From: the human T2T-CHM13v2.0 reference genome, Homo sapiens
DNA length: 64,000 bases
Assembly: GCF_009914755.1 (NCBI RefSeq)
Contig: NC_060946.1
Strand: one strand, 5' to 3'
The position numbers and the translations under genes are program-made. Every line of letters starts with the position of its first letter. The first letter of the stretch is position 1. Of the stretch, positions 1 through 14,384 are shown piece after piece. The notes beneath the pieces are model-generated. The model did not search any database. It was given only the letters and a program-made list of their open reading frames with translations, and had not been told where the DNA came from.

Positions 1-1356
1 AGTCCTTTTTGCAAGAGAGTTTTAAGACCCTCTTTCATTTAAATTTAAATTTTTGAAACTTAGTGTCCTTCCTAAAAATAAAATGAAATGAACTTTCCTA
101 AAGTGTTGTATTATTAGTACTATCTAAGTCATCATCCTGGCCTTATGAAATATTGGCATTTTCTACTGGTGTAACTTTTATTAGAAGCATCTCATCGTAA
201 CTAGTAGGATGATCTCAAAGGGGTTGCAACACATTAGCAGGTAATGAAATCAATGTAGTGTTTCCTGAATGGTATTGTGTGGGTGGGGGGGAAAAGGAAA
301 ACACACAGACACACAGAGGAAGGGTAAAAGAGAATAAGAAATATCAAAGTGCATAACACATGGATAAGTAAGTATTGTTAAGTACAACTCTTGCTTCAGT
401 TATACATATGTGTGTGCTGGGCTGCAATGTAAAAATGCATTTCTCAATGGATTGGGTAAAAATACTTTTCAAGTCACTGACTTAAGATTTTATCCTAGGG
501 GATGAGGAAATTAGTCTAAGTGATTACCTCTTTCTGGTGGGATGTTTGTTTAATCTATCATCTTAGAAAACACTGCTGAGTTCCTATTTTCAGTTCATTA
601 TTGTATACTACCAAAGCTGCTACTCAAAGGCTGAGCTTATCTTCTATTTGCTTGTTCTGCGTGATGCCCACTGGTCCTTACTGTTTTTGATATAGTTATC
701 TACTTTTTAAAGACAGTTTAGCACTCACATATTTTTGTTCAATCTTTACTTCTCACACAGAAAAAGGAAATTATGTATTCTGTATCAACAAAGATTTAAC
801 AAAACATCCATATACTACAACTACTTACTAAAATTAAGAATTAGTATACTATCTTTTTTTCTCATATTAAATCTTTTCATACACTATTTTAAGCTTATGA
901 ACTGAAAGTCTTTTAGAGATAATTTACTTCAATGAACTATTATTATTTATATTTTATATGCAAATTGTCACGACTTGGTCTTAGCTAGCTCTACTGTTCG
1001 CTTACAGTCTGTAATGTTTCTGAAAACATCCATGATTTCTGCTACAAAGAAGACACTTAGGAACAATTCTGTTTTCCTACTCTGTGACCTAAAATTGACT
1101 GGTTCTTCAATGGAAATGAGATCCATATCTAGGCACTAAGGGTATACAGAAATAATTGTGGGCAAAAGTACTAATGCTATTTTTGTTGCACTATATTTTG
1201 AGATCTCTTTAAGGCTCTATGTTCTTACTGATTTATTCCTATTTAATGTATTATACTATTGCATCCTACTTTTTCTTTTTAAATATATTATGATTGACTG
1301 TTACAGACTTTCTGTTAAATTGACAGGGAGTTTTTATAAACAATAACAGCACTTAC

Positions 1357-1471
1357 ATTTTTAAAGACTGGTTCCCATTGTTCTCTTGGTCCAATTGCAT
1401 CTGAATGCCCAACAACAAGTTCATCTGAATTTATACCAAGATATTTTCCATAGCCAGATTTCAGGGTGATT
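1357..1471 (-). pseudogene. FRG1: FRG1 paralog exon 5 (115 nt)
   Basis: TACAG|AATCACCCTGAAATCTGGC...GTCTTTAAAAAT|GTAAGT; frame open. Confidence 0.95.
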
Positions 1472-1616
1472 CTGTACATTAATAAGATAGATAAAAGTTA
1501 AAAACTGAGAGGAAATTAATTATAGGGCATCAAAACAGGACATGTGTATGTGTGTGGGTGTGTACATATCTAAAATTTCAGACTGGACATATTCCAAGTG
1601 TTCAAAAGATGCATGT

Positions 1617-1913
1617 GGCTGAGTGGTGACTCACTCCTGTAATCTCTGTGCTTTGGGAAGCCAATGGGAGAATTGCTTGAGGCAAGAAGTTCAAGATCAG
1701 CCTAGACAACATAGTGAGACCCCATCTCTACAAAAAATTTAAAAAGTTAGCTGGGCATGGTGGTGTGCACATGTAATACCAGCTACTTGGGAGGCTGATG
1801 CAGGAGGAGTGCTTGAGCCCAGAAATTTGAGGTTATAGTGAGCTATGATCACACCACTGCCCTCCAGCCTGGGTGACACAGTGAGACTATGTGCCTTCAA
1901 AAAAAAAAAAAAA
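1617..1913 (+). mobile_element. Alu, AluJ-like
   Basis: Dimeric Alu with poly(A); degenerate TSD aaagatgcatgtg / aaagctacatgtg. Confidence 0.9.
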
Positions 1914-3264
1914 GCTACATGTGACTGGTTGTTGCCATATTGGACACTGCAGATTTAAATTTAGTTTTATATTTTGCTTTTTTAATATAAACATTGTACC
2001 TTATATATTATGTAACAAATATTTTCAAAATTCATCATTCTTCAATTATACCTCTTTAGTTATAAACTTCAATAATAAATTACTAAAACTATGTCATCAA
2101 ACTGTTTTCCAGAAAATGCTGCTTCCATTTACATTCTTACCTCAAATTAACAGAGTATGTTTTGTATCATGGATTTTTTTTTTTAAACATTATGACTCTA
2201 AAAAAATACTCAAAAACCTGATATGAAAAAAAAGTATCCTATTAATTTGCATTTTAGTAGTTAACTAGAATAACAATTGTTTTTCTTTTCCTTTCCTTTT
2301 TACTTTTTAGATTATCTGGTAATGTCCCTTGTCCATTTTTCTATTCAGATCTGATTGTTCGCAATTTTTCTACTGGGGTCTTCAGTGCTATGAATTCTAT
2401 ACAAGATACATATGAACAGTAAGAACTCACTGCCTATTAAGATTGTTGCAAATATTTTCCTCATTTGTCAGTTGATTTTCTTTATAATCCTTTTCTGTTT
2501 ATAATTGTAAAGCAGTTTAAAATTATTGAATTTTTTCTTCCTCTGCTTTTATTCTTTGTCTTTCACCCTACTTATCAGACTTTCAAAGAAAGAATAGGAA
2601 TAATCATCTTAACGTGATTTTTTAAAATTATGATTTCTTTTACCTTACCAAGAATCTCCTCGGATGCCAGAATTGACTTTTACTCCTTTATACGTTAATG
2701 ATTGTATAACAGAAATCATTATCATGTTGATGTAACCAATTACTAAAATATGTAAATTCACTTTCAGTAACTTTTACCCAAAGAATCATTCTATATTTCT
2801 GCACAAGGTGAGAATAAAAAAGGTTACTTTATAAAATGACTGTAACAATAGTGAGTAAAAATATTCTTTTGGTCATTATGATACTGTAACGTTCTCTGCT
2901 GGTTTCAACAATATTCCTTTTTTTAGTCTTCCTGTTTGTCTTTAGACTTCCAAACAGTGAGTTTAAATATCATACCAACAGTGAACCAGGTTTTGTACCA
3001 TTTGATATATTTTTTAATCTATCTTATTTGGTGTGTGAAATTATTAATCTTCATTTTTTAACTCACATATCTTTTTTCCAGCCTAGCATTATATATTGAT
3101 AGGAAATCCACTAAAAGTAGATCACAAAATCTACTTCTCAAAAAAGCTATTTCATTTTTTATATCAAAATTACCATGGGCTTAAGACAGATACTAAAATT
3201 TTTAATGAATACAATTAAATTTTTAAAAACACTGGTTACTAATTATATTACAACATAAGCTCAC

Positions 3265-3322
3265 CTGGAATCAGATAATTTGACAGCCGTAAACTGCTCT
3301 GGAGGACTAGGGCCCTCATCAA
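3265..3322 (-). pseudogene. FRG1: FRG1 paralog exon 4 (58 nt)
   Basis: AATAG|TTGATGAGGGCCCTAGTCCTCCAGAGCAG...GATTCCAG|GTGAGC. Confidence 0.95.
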
Positions 3323-4101
3323 CTATTGGAGAAAAAACATTTGAAAATAAATTTGACATTTGCTATAAACATAAAGACATTATTTTGCTTTAAAAATGTG
3401 GCTATTTTCTTCTGCAATTAAATGTAAGAATATTCAGATATACTGATGTCACTGTAATACTGTATCTTTGGAATCAAGATCTATTTTACCTTCTTTTAAC
3501 TACAGTGCTAATTTTATACACTGAGTAAGACAGGGTGATATAATGTTTATTTAATAACTTTCGAGATAGCTTCTCTTTATGTTTTAAAATACAGTCATAA
3601 ATAAGCACTTATTTAAAAAAGCTAAATGCTTTCATTTATTCAATGGATGGCCTTGCTGACCAAATGATACTGCTTTTTATCTTCTAATTACTTCGTATCT
3701 CACTAGTGCTTCCTCTAAAGGGCTAAAGAAAATGAGGAAACTTCAAATTGTTAAATGCACCCAGGTTAGTTTTGGTAATAGGTCTGAATAAAAAAGTAAT
3801 TCAAACATGTTTGACTCAAATAGGTTTTCTTTTTTCCTTCCACTTACTATTTTAATTATTCATATTGTTTTGATTTCCAAAGATACTCTTCTGGAACTAC
3901 ACGGAATGTTTTCAAATGCTTATATTAGAAAGAGGGACTTGCCAATGGCTGGTAAATATTAAGGAATTAAAAAAAATTGGAAGAGTCAAATGCAACGGTT
4001 CCATTCCTTTGGAAAATGTTTGAGACTAGTTAGAGTTTGGCCTAAGTGAATGAATGTCCTAAAATCTACACTTGTGGCAGGATCTTCCCTTCCAGACAAA
4101 C

Positions 4102-4227
4102 CTTCTTTGTGTGGAGCTCCCAGGGTAAAAAGACCATTGTTGAGTGCATGTATATAGGTTCCCTCATCCATTTCAATGGCTATGGTTCCTGAAATTTCAC
4201 CAAAGTTTGTTACTGTCCACCAGATTC
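4102..4227 (-). pseudogene. FRG1: FRG1 paralog exon 3 (126 nt)
   Basis: TTTTTAG|GAATCTGGTGG...CACAAAGAAG|GTTTGT; overlaps ORF 3986..4171 (MDEGTYIHALNNGLFTLGAPHKE). Confidence 0.95.
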
Positions 4228-4557
4228 CTAAAAAATAAAATTGATATTTCTACTTTATATTTTAGTTTTGACACAGAGTTCTTTTTTATTATAACTTAGT
4301 TTTAAAAACTTTTTATTTTGCAGTCATAATAAATAATATGAAGATCTCACATATCCTTTACTCTCTTTGTCTCAATGATGACATCTTGCATAAGTATCAT
4401 ACATTGTTAGAATCAGGAAACTGACACTGATATAATCCATGAAGCTTATTCAAATTTCACCAGATTTACATGTACTTGTTTGCATGTATGTGCACATATT
4501 CGTGTGACTACCAGCACAGTCAGGATTAGGTTTTTAAAATACAAAATAGCAACATAC

Positions 4558-4730
4558 AGCCAGGCATGGGGGTGCATGCCTGTAAACCCAGCTACTCGGG
4601 GAGCTGGGAAAGAGGATCACTTGAGCCCAGGAGTTCAAGGTTATAGTGAGCTATGATCACGCCACTGCACTCTAGCCTGAGTGACAGAGCAAGGTCCTGT
4701 CTCAAAAAAAAGACCAAAACAAAACAAAAG
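4558..4730 (+). mobile_element. Alu right monomer (FRAM-like)
   Basis: Single right-arm monomer with A-rich tail; TSD-like aaaatagcaacat / aaaaggcaacat. Confidence 0.8.
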
Positions 4731-4880
4731 GCAACATGTGAAGGTACAAAGTGATATATGGAGAACGGTCTCTCTCATGATAGACCCCAGCCATCTATTC
4801 ATGCCTGCTTTCCAGAGGCAATGCCTATCATAATGTTTCTTAAAAATGCCTCTACAGGAAGACTTTCTAGCATAGTAATC

Positions 4881-5177
4881 TTTTTTTTTTTTTTTGAGAC
4901 GGAGTCTCGCTCTGTCACCCAGGCTGGAGTGCAGTGACATGATCTTGGCTCACTGCGACCTCCGCCTCCTGGGTTCAAACAATTCTCCACCTCAGCTTCC
5001 CGAGTAGCTGGGGTTACAAGAGCCTGCCACCATGCCCGAATAATTTTTTTTGTATTTTTAGTAGAGACGGGGTTTCACCACATTGGCCAGGCTGGTCTTG
5101 AACTCCTGACCTCGTGATCCACCCGCCTCTGCCTCCCAAAGTGCTAGGATTACAGGTGTGAGCCACTGCACCTGGCC
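4881..5177 (-). mobile_element. AluS (Sg/Sc-type)
   Basis: Poly(T) plus reverse Alu; cctgacctcgtgatcc diagnostic; TSD agtaatctt. Confidence 0.92.
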
Positions 5178-5389
5178 AGTAATCTTAACTACGATTTTAG
5201 ATTGAAAGTAAAATGAGCAGAATCTATGTCTATGTATACTAATTTCCAATTTGCCAACAGAAATGTTAGACTCTAGCCACAATTATTTTAGCAGTTGTCA
5301 TAAAAGCTTACATCTTAATGTTAAAAAATATCCTCAAACCTTCTCCTAAATTGTACTTTAACTAGAGTAGAAATGAGTCAATCATTAAC

Positions 5390-5720
5390 TGGATATGACA
5401 TATTAAGGAATTCTTGTTAATTTTACAAGGTCTGATAATGACATAGTATAACGTATAAAAGTAAAGAACAAAACAGGTGATGAGAGAAAGACATACCACA
5501 TTAAGAAATGTACATTTATGTGCTTATGGGTAAAATGATGTAATATCTGTGATTTTACTTAAAATTTTCTAGGAAAAATTGTGTGCGGGAGTGTGTATGA
5601 AATGAAACGAGATTGGCAAAATATTGATAATTAATGCTGGGGCCTGGGCACATGGGGGACTCATTATATTCTTCTATGTAGGGATTACTTTCGTATTTCC
5701 ATAATAAAAAGGTTTTAAAG
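5390..5720 (+). mobile_element. Old L1M 3' end fragment
   Basis: gggtaaaatgatgtaatatctgtgat...tttccataataaaa resembles L1MC/MD/ME 3' termini. Confidence 0.55.
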
Positions 5721-5804
5721 ATTCAGTTAATTCCACTGCACAAAATTTTCTATTCAACTAAACATTTCATGCTTTTCATAATCAATTTTAAAATACATAA
5801 AATT

Positions 5805-6510
5805 TTAGCTAAAATGAAGTTGGATCCTTATCTAACACCAAATACAAAAAGTAACTTAACATAGACCAAAGACCTAAATGTAAGAGCTAAAGTTAGAAAA
5901 CTTTTAGAAGAAAATGGGAAAAGCTTCACGACAATGAATTTGACAATGATTTCTTATATAGAACATCAAAGGCACAGGCAACAAAAGAAAACACAGACAA
6001 ACTGGACTTCATCAGAAATAAAAACTTTTGTGCATCAAGAACCACTGTCAACAGAGTAAAAGGTAACCCAGAGAATGGAGACAATATTTGTAAACTACAT
6101 ACATTATAAGGAATTAATATCCAGACTATATAGAGAACTCCAAAAAGACAAATACCACAATTCAAAACTGGGCAAAGGATATACACGGACATTCCTCCAA
6201 AGATGATATACAAATGGTCAATAAGCACTTGAAAAGATGCTCAACATCACTAGTCACTAGGGAAATATAAATCAAAACCATAATGCAATGCCACTTCACA
6301 CCCATTAGAATGCTATTATCAAAACAAACAAAAAACAGAAACCAAGAAAACCAGAAAAACAAATGTTGGGCAGGATGTGGAGAAACTGAAACCCTCTGCA
6401 ATGCTGGTGGGAAGGTAAAATGGTGCATGTATTTAAATGCCACTGAAGTGTACACGTAAAAATAGAAAAATTGGCAAATTATATATTCTGTATATTTTAC
6501 CTCCACACAC
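5805..6510 (+). mobile_element. L1MB-like ORF2 3' fragment and 3' end
   Basis: Degenerate ORF2 C-terminus (gacctaaatgtaagagctaaa; caggatgtggagaaactgaaaccct) joined to an L1MB-type tail. Confidence 0.8.
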
Positions 6511-7396
6511 ACACAAAAACAATGGAGAAAAAGAAAATTAATCAAAATTAAAATTTCAGCTAAAGACGATTAGAAAGCAATAAAAGTAATGACAATTTAG
6601 GTGATTGAGTTATAGCTACAATTGTTTTCAGTAAAGGAAATAATGCTTTATTCAGAATCATTATGAACAGTGTTATGATTAGCAAGTCTTTCTTATAAAT
6701 GTAATAGTTAATAATTTTAAATTAGTTTTATTTTGTATGTTCTATGCCATGTTCACCAAGTACACTTAATATTAAATAAAATCATTTAAATATAATATCT
6801 CATTAATGTTTTGCAAATAAAGAAGAAATTTCTGGCAGACAAGCTCCTCAAAATTTTCACCCTCTGTCCAAGTAGGAAAATGATACAATAACATTACTTA
6901 TAATATTGTCAACTGAAAAAGAAATTACTTTGAGCAGATGCCAGTATTTCTTCTCAATGAGATTTCAAAGAAGAAAGCTAAACACAGTATCATCAAGAAT
7001 TAAATGTGAGCATTCTGCTTACTTTATGCAAGTGGCCTACATTCAACGTTTGGAGGTATGCTTATATGTTTAACGACTAAAGTAACATAACATAATACTT
7101 AACGGTGCCACTCGGGGGTTTTAGCTGTGAAAAAGCAGTGGATCCTAAGAACAGTGGGCACTGAAGTTGCCTGTCTCTACGTCAGGTTACAGCTCAAGCC
7201 GTGTATATATGCTGCAGATGCCCAAGCTGAATTTAAGAGAATCCGCTCTAAAACATTACTTGCTATTTAGACACATGCTTAAAGTTGTTTCCTTTTAAAC
7301 CTTAGGCAGATGGTGAAATATTCCCGCTGTGTTGTCTCACAATGCATAACAAAGCTTTTCACATATTTTCACATAGTTGAGAATGTTTCCATATGT

Positions 7397-7680
7397 CTGG
7401 CATGCCTGTAATCCAGCACTTTGAGAGGTGGAAGCAGAAGAATCACTTAAACCCAGGAGTTCAAAATCAGCCTAGGCAACAAAAGGAGACCCCCAGCTCT
7501 ACAAAAAAATTAAGAAATTAGCTGGGTATGGTGGTACAAGCCTGTGGTCCCAGCTACTCAGGAGTCCGAGGTGAGAGGATTGCTTGAGCCTACAAGGTCG
7601 AGGGTGCACTGAGCCATGATCATGTCACTGCACTCCAGCCTGAGCAACAAAACAAGAGCCTGTCTCAAAAAAAAAAAAAA
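7397..7680 (+). mobile_element. AluJ-like
   Basis: Dimeric Alu with poly(A). Confidence 0.9.
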
Positions 7681-9224
7681 TGGCCCGATGCACCAGTGTC
7701 ATGGCTGATAAGATACTCCCAGGGCACCCTCATTCTAGTATCAAGGCTGTGAGACAGCTCACCTTACCTTCTGACTAACGCAGTGCTTCTGTGCTAAGGG
7801 CCCCCTTAAATCTCTACCTTCATTATGTGCTTGGCACAAAGGAATGATATATCTTAGATTTGGAAATGGAATTTTATTCCCAAATCTTACTGTAGTCTGA
7901 GTACCCTTCACAGACCTTCTATTAACCCATAGCTTACTTGGCTTTAGTTCCTGGGTAAATCAAATCTGTGTTTTGCATACTACGATGTTGTAAGTCAGTT
8001 GCTTCTGAATCTAGCAGAGCTCAGTGAAACTATTTGCTTACAGACATGCTCATTTTTATTAATGTCACACATGGTACTCTCCATGTGAAAGACAGAATTT
8101 CTTTCATCCTATTTACCAATCCCTTCAGATCCTTGTGAGGAACCAACAGAACAGCTTTAAAAAATTAAAAGGTTTTTTTCTTTCTCTTCACAAATAGGAA
8201 CATGCTTATTTTTACGGCGAGTTTAGAAAATCCACAATGCAAAAGACGGTGGAAGGACAAAGAGAAAAAGACGCAGAAGGACTTCCTCTTCCAGCCAAGA
8301 TGGACTTGCCCTCCCATCATGACCAATGAGAAAACTGAAACTGGATAGAATATTTGAGAGAACTGTTTTTGGGGATTGAAACACAGGCAGAACAGGACTG
8401 TGATATTTGAGAACAGGAAAACACAGGAGGCAAATCTAACACACACTTCTGTTTTCTGCCCAATGGCAGTTTCTTGACCATGCAGAGAGAGGTAGAGACC
8501 TCCAAAAATGAGGCAATGTCACTGTCACTAAGCTGAGAGTCTTGCAGTGCTAACATGTTTGGAGTTTATAGAATAAGGTACTGGAGAAGAGGGAACAACA
8601 TACAGGTGAGGCCTCAAAAGAGTATGCAAAAGTTCTCTGCAGGTCTGGGGCCAAGGGCTGGGGGGAGTGCATACAGTAGGCAGGCTCCACAAGGCCCATG
8701 CAGAGTGGCTGGCACTTCTGAGGGCTGACTGGAGATGCCAGAGATCACACAAATTTGGGACATAGCAGAGTGGAGAGAACTCACCAAATATACCTAGAAC
8801 ATGTGGCTGAGGCCCATGAGGATGAAACTTTCCTAGAGTAAGAGTCACTGTCTAAGTCTACAGGCAAAAACCTAATAAATAAGCACAAACTAACAAAGGC
8901 CCAGGCTTGACAGGAGCAAAAGGGTGGTCAAATAATTTAACTAGGCATCAAGACATTTAACAGAAATAAAGGTTAAAATGTTATGAAAATGAAAGACTGA
9001 ATTTATAAGGAAGACTTAACAATCCTAAATGTGTACACATGACAGCTTCAAAATACTTTAAGCAAAAACTGCTCAAGTAGACAGATCTAGAATTACAGCT
9101 GGAGATTTTAACATAACTCTCAATACATTGTAGGATGAGTGAAAAATCAGTAAGGACACAGAAGATGTGCATAGTCACAAGCTCCACCAGTTGATATAAC
9201 TGACATCTAAAAAACACTGAACTA

Positions 9225-9535
<311 letters not shown>

Positions 9536-9947
9536 CCTGAACCAACATCTGCAGAATACACATCCTTTTCTAGTGTACATGGAAATTCACTAAGAAAGTA
9601 TGTTCTCCAACTATACTATAAATGAATTAGAAATCAGCAACAATATCATACCTATAATATCTCTATGTAGTAGAAATTAAAAACAGTACACTTTTAAATA
9701 ACTCAAGTGTCCATGAAAAGAAAAATCACAAGGAAAACTAGACGATATTTTGAATGGAATTAAAATGAAAACAAAATGTGTTGACTATAACTAAAACTAA
9801 CATGGAATGAGGAGATCTAACTCCTTTTTTAAGAAGCAATAAAACAAGAGCAAAGTAAACTGAAAATAAGTTAAAGGGAGGAAAAAAAAAAGAATGAAAA
9901 TAAATGAAATAAAAAATGAAAAAAAGAGAAAATAAGTAATGTTGAAA

Positions 9948-10163
9948 CAAGCTTGTCCAACCTGAGGGCTGCATGTGGCCCAAGCCAGCTTTGAATGCAG
10001 CCCAACACAAATTCATAAACTTTCTTGACATATTATGAGACTTTTTTGCTTTTTTTTTTTTTTTTTTTGGCTCTTCAGCTTATTGTTAGTGTATTCTATG
10101 TGTGGCCCAAGACAATTCTCCTTCCATTGTGGCCCAAGGAAGCTAAAAGATTGAATACCCCTG
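9948..10163 (-). mobile_element. MER30 (hAT-Charlie non-autonomous element)
   Basis: caagcttgtccaacc...gtggcccaagacaattc...aaaagattgaatacccctg matches reverse MER30; homologous copy at ~53.0 kb. Confidence 0.85.
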
Positions 10164-11967
10164 TACTAAAAGATCATTAATGATCTAAAATAAATGATCT
10201 TATAAAGAATTGATAAACCTCCAGCTAGACTGACTGATCCAGGAAAAAATGGAAAAAACAAAAATTACCAATATGAAGAGACTGCAATACAGATTAGATT
10301 CTACAGACATTAAAAGGATATTAAAGGAATATTCTGAACAATTTTATGCCAATAAATCCAACAACTTGGATGAAATGAAATTTTCCTAAAAGACACAAAT
10401 TACCAAAATTGACAACAGAAAAATCTGAAAATATCTCTTAAAAAATCTTGATTTTCCCACAAAAAACTAAAACCAAACCAAACAAAACCCTCTAAGTACA
10501 GATGACTTCACTGGTAAATCCTATCAAACATGTAAAGAAGAAATCATACCGATCTTACACAGCTATTTCCAAAAACAGGGAAGGAGACAGCACTTCCCAT
10601 CTAATTTTATGACACCCAATATCACCTTGACACCAAAATCAAATAAAGCCATTACAAGAAAAGGATACAAAAGTCCAATATCTCCCATCAACACCAATAT
10701 AGAAATCTTATAAAGAAGAAAAACGAACACCTAGAAATCAAATCTAGCAATATCCCAAAAGACAACGCACCACAACCAAGTGGGGTTTATCTCAGGGATG
10801 TAAAGTTAGTTTAAAAGTTGAAAATGAAACCAATGTTATTCAATGGCAGAATGAAGAAAGTTGTATAATCATCTCAACAGATAAAGAAAGAGGCACTGGA
10901 CAGCATTAAACATCGTTATGATAAAAACTCCCAAGAAACAAAGTTTAAAAGGAATGTCCTCATTTTGATAAAGTTTTTCTCTGCAGATCCTACAGACATC
11001 ATACCATATGGTGGACTACTAAAAGTTTTCTGCCTAAGCTTGGAAACAATGCAATTATGCCCATTCTCGTGACTTCTGTTCAACACTATGGAAGTCCTGA
11101 ACAGTATAATAAACCAATAAAAAGCAAGACAAGACATAAGGATTAGGAAGAAAGAAGTAAAACAATAGTCACAGGAAACATAATTGCAAATTTCTTAGTT
11201 TTCTATATAAACAAATCTTTAGAAGTAAGAAGTGAAACAGACTTATCAGACTACAAAGTCACTACACAAAAATCAATTGTATATCTACATACTGACAGCA
11301 AACAACTGGAAAATCAAATTCAAAAGTTCTACTGACAGTAGTGTAAAATTATAAAATACTTAAGAATAAAATTTTAAACAGGCATGCAAGACTGCTACAT
11401 TGAAAATTATGAAATATTGAGGCCCAATATTAAGATGTTGATTCTCCCCTAAATTATCTGGACTCGATACTATTCTCTGAGAAAATCCAACAGGCTTCAC
11501 TGTAGAAATTAATAAACTAATAGTAAGTACAAAGTTGGTGGACACACACTACCTTATCTCAAGACTTCATGAAATTATAGCAATCAAGAGAAATATACCA
11601 AAAGAAAAACAGACAATCGATAGAACAGAGTCCAGAAATAGACCAATACATAGAAAGTTAATTGATTTTTTATGAAGATATGAAACTGGATTAATGGAAA
11701 AAGGAAACACCAGTGGTGCTGGCACAAATGGCTATCAAGATGTTAAAAAAAAAAAAAGTAAATCTTGAAACCAAACTCACACCATGCCAAAAATTAATTT
11801 GAGATTAATGACAGATTTAATGTAAAAACTAAAACTATGATGTCTCTAAAAGACAATGTAGAATATTTTCCTGACTTTGGGGTAAGCAAAGATCTCTTAG
11901 ATCAAAGAGATAAGGCAGTAACCATAAAAGAAAAAATAAACTAAGATTTATAAAAATTAAAAGCTTC

Positions 11968-12192
<225 letters not shown>

Positions 12193-13119
12193 GTGTCCAT
12201 CCGAAAACCACCATTAAGAAACTCAGACTGGGAAAAACTCAGACTGGGAGAAAAGACTGATAACGCCATCAACTCTTGGCAAGGATGTAACTGGAGAACT
12301 AATTCATTCTTGGTGAGAGGGCAAAATATCACAACCACTTTAGAAAATTTTTGGCAGTTTCTTATATAGTTAAACATTCACCTATCCTTTGACACAGCAA
12401 TTCCACATCTACATATCTACCCTAGATATTTACCCTAATTTTAGAATTGTTGATTTGCCATTTCAAAAACAATGATTCTTCCAGAATATTAGCTTTATAC
12501 CATTCCATATTTTATATATTTTTTAAGCTACCATAATTTATGAAGATTCAAAATGCAACTTACCAAGTTTTAAAAGAGAAAAAAAAAGTATGGAAACAGC
12601 TAAACGGAAAACAGGCTGGTTAAGTGTGTTTGGGTCAATTTATTTCCAGTATCATTTACAGGCTACCCTGATATTGTATTTAAAATTTTCATTCGTTTCA
12701 GAGTTCACAAAATAATAATTTTTCCTGTGAAGATACTTCGTTTAAGAGACAACTGACTTCTACAACTAAAATGTATACATGTTCAAAGAAAATAACTTGT
12801 AAAATATATTTGGTTGAATAACATCTACATTAAGCCTTTAAAATTATGTATCAGAATCTCCGGCTATTAAGCAGTCTAATGGTGCCTACTAAGTCAGAGT
12901 TGTAATTCTTCTCTCCTGTGCTGTGTTCTGATAATGAAGTAAAGGCATCAGTAGCATCTACTGTGCTAAAGAATAAATGGAATTTACAACTGTAGGTAAT
13001 ATTTAAGCACTTTAAGACAAATATGAATACATCATAAATTTCTAACTAGGAAAATATTTTCAATGAGATCTCAAGAAATGTTAACTTTTTTCAGAATAAA
13101 GCACTGAAAACTGACTCAC

Positions 13120-13189
13120 CAACATATCAAGCTGGGTTTCTTCATCTTCTTCTCTTTTTCTCTTCTTATCTTTTTTCTTTTTCTTCTTA
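13120..13189 (-). pseudogene. FRG1: FRG1 paralog exon 2 (70 nt, lysine-rich NLS region)
   Basis: TGTAG|TAAGAAGAAAAAG...CAGCTTGATATGTTG|GTGAGT; 70 nt does not connect the exon-1 frame to the exon-3 frame (71 nt needed). Confidence 0.92.
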
Positions 13190-13389
13190 CTACAGGACAT
13201 AATGTATATAGATGAGTTTAGGTATATTGATTTGTGTGATAAATAAATATCGTAAGATTGAAACTTGGAAGTCTTTTAAGCTGTTTCATTTATAAATTAT
13301 TGATTTAGGAAGACTTACATTGCTATGCTCTCTTAAATACAGTGCTGAGAATTTGCTTCAGGCTTTGTACATATTATGTTAAAGTTCAA

Positions 13390-14275
13390 AGCAGATTGTA
13401 GAGCCACACTTCAAGATTTTAAATCCTGATTCTGTCACTTCTTAGCTCTGCAATTTTTGGAAAAGGTACTGAATCTCTCTGTGAGTCAGTTTCCCCACTT
13501 AAAAAGTTAGGCTAATAATTTAACTCTTAAGGCTATTGTGAGGATTAAGAGGTAATATGTATCTTCACACATTGCTGGTGGAAATGTAAAATGGTGCAGC
13601 ATCTACAGGAAATGGTTTGACGTTCCTCAAAAAGTTAAAGAGTTACCACATGACCCAGCAATTTTACTCCTAAGTATGTATACCCAAGGGAAATGAAAAC
13701 ATACACCCACAAAAATACTTACATAAGACTATTCACACTAACATTAGTCACAATAGTCAAAAAGGGGAAACAACCTAAATGTTCATCAACTGATGAATGG
13801 ATGAACAAAATGTTACATCCATACAATGGACTACTACGCAGCCATAAAAAGGAACAAGTGCTACAACAATGATGGACCTCAAGAATGTTATAAGTGAAAG
13901 AAGCCAGATACAAAAGGCCACATGTTGCATGATTTCTTAGGAAATATTCAGAATAGGCAATTTCACATAGATAGCAGACTAGTGGTTGCCAAGGACTAGG
14001 AGAGGGGGAGGATGGGATGTGACTGCTTTAATGGGTAGGAAGAGATTTCCTTCTGAGATGATGAAAACACTGAGAAACTAGACAGTGGTGAACCTCTTGA
14101 ATATATACTAAAAACCACTGTACAAAAGGGTGAATTTTATAATTATGAATTACATCGTAATAACAAAATAAAAAACCAAGAGCGATTTGAAAAAAGTTAA
14201 TGTGCAAAGTGCCTACAACTATTTCTTGGCACACTGAAAGTGCTATACAAGCATTAATTATGATTATTACGATAA
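13390..14275 (+). mobile_element. MIR interrupted by an L1MB 3' end (about 13565-14175)
   Basis: MIR core (ctctctgtgagtcagtttcccc...ttgtgaggattaa) resumes after the L1MB tail at atgtgcaaagtgcct. Confidence 0.75.
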
Positions 14276-14384
14276 TCTTAAGACACTCTTGTCTGCATAA
14301 TCATCATAAAGTTTTCAGAAGATAACTCACCACTTCTCACAGGAAATTCACAGAGTAAAAATCTCACATTCATTCAGGATATAC

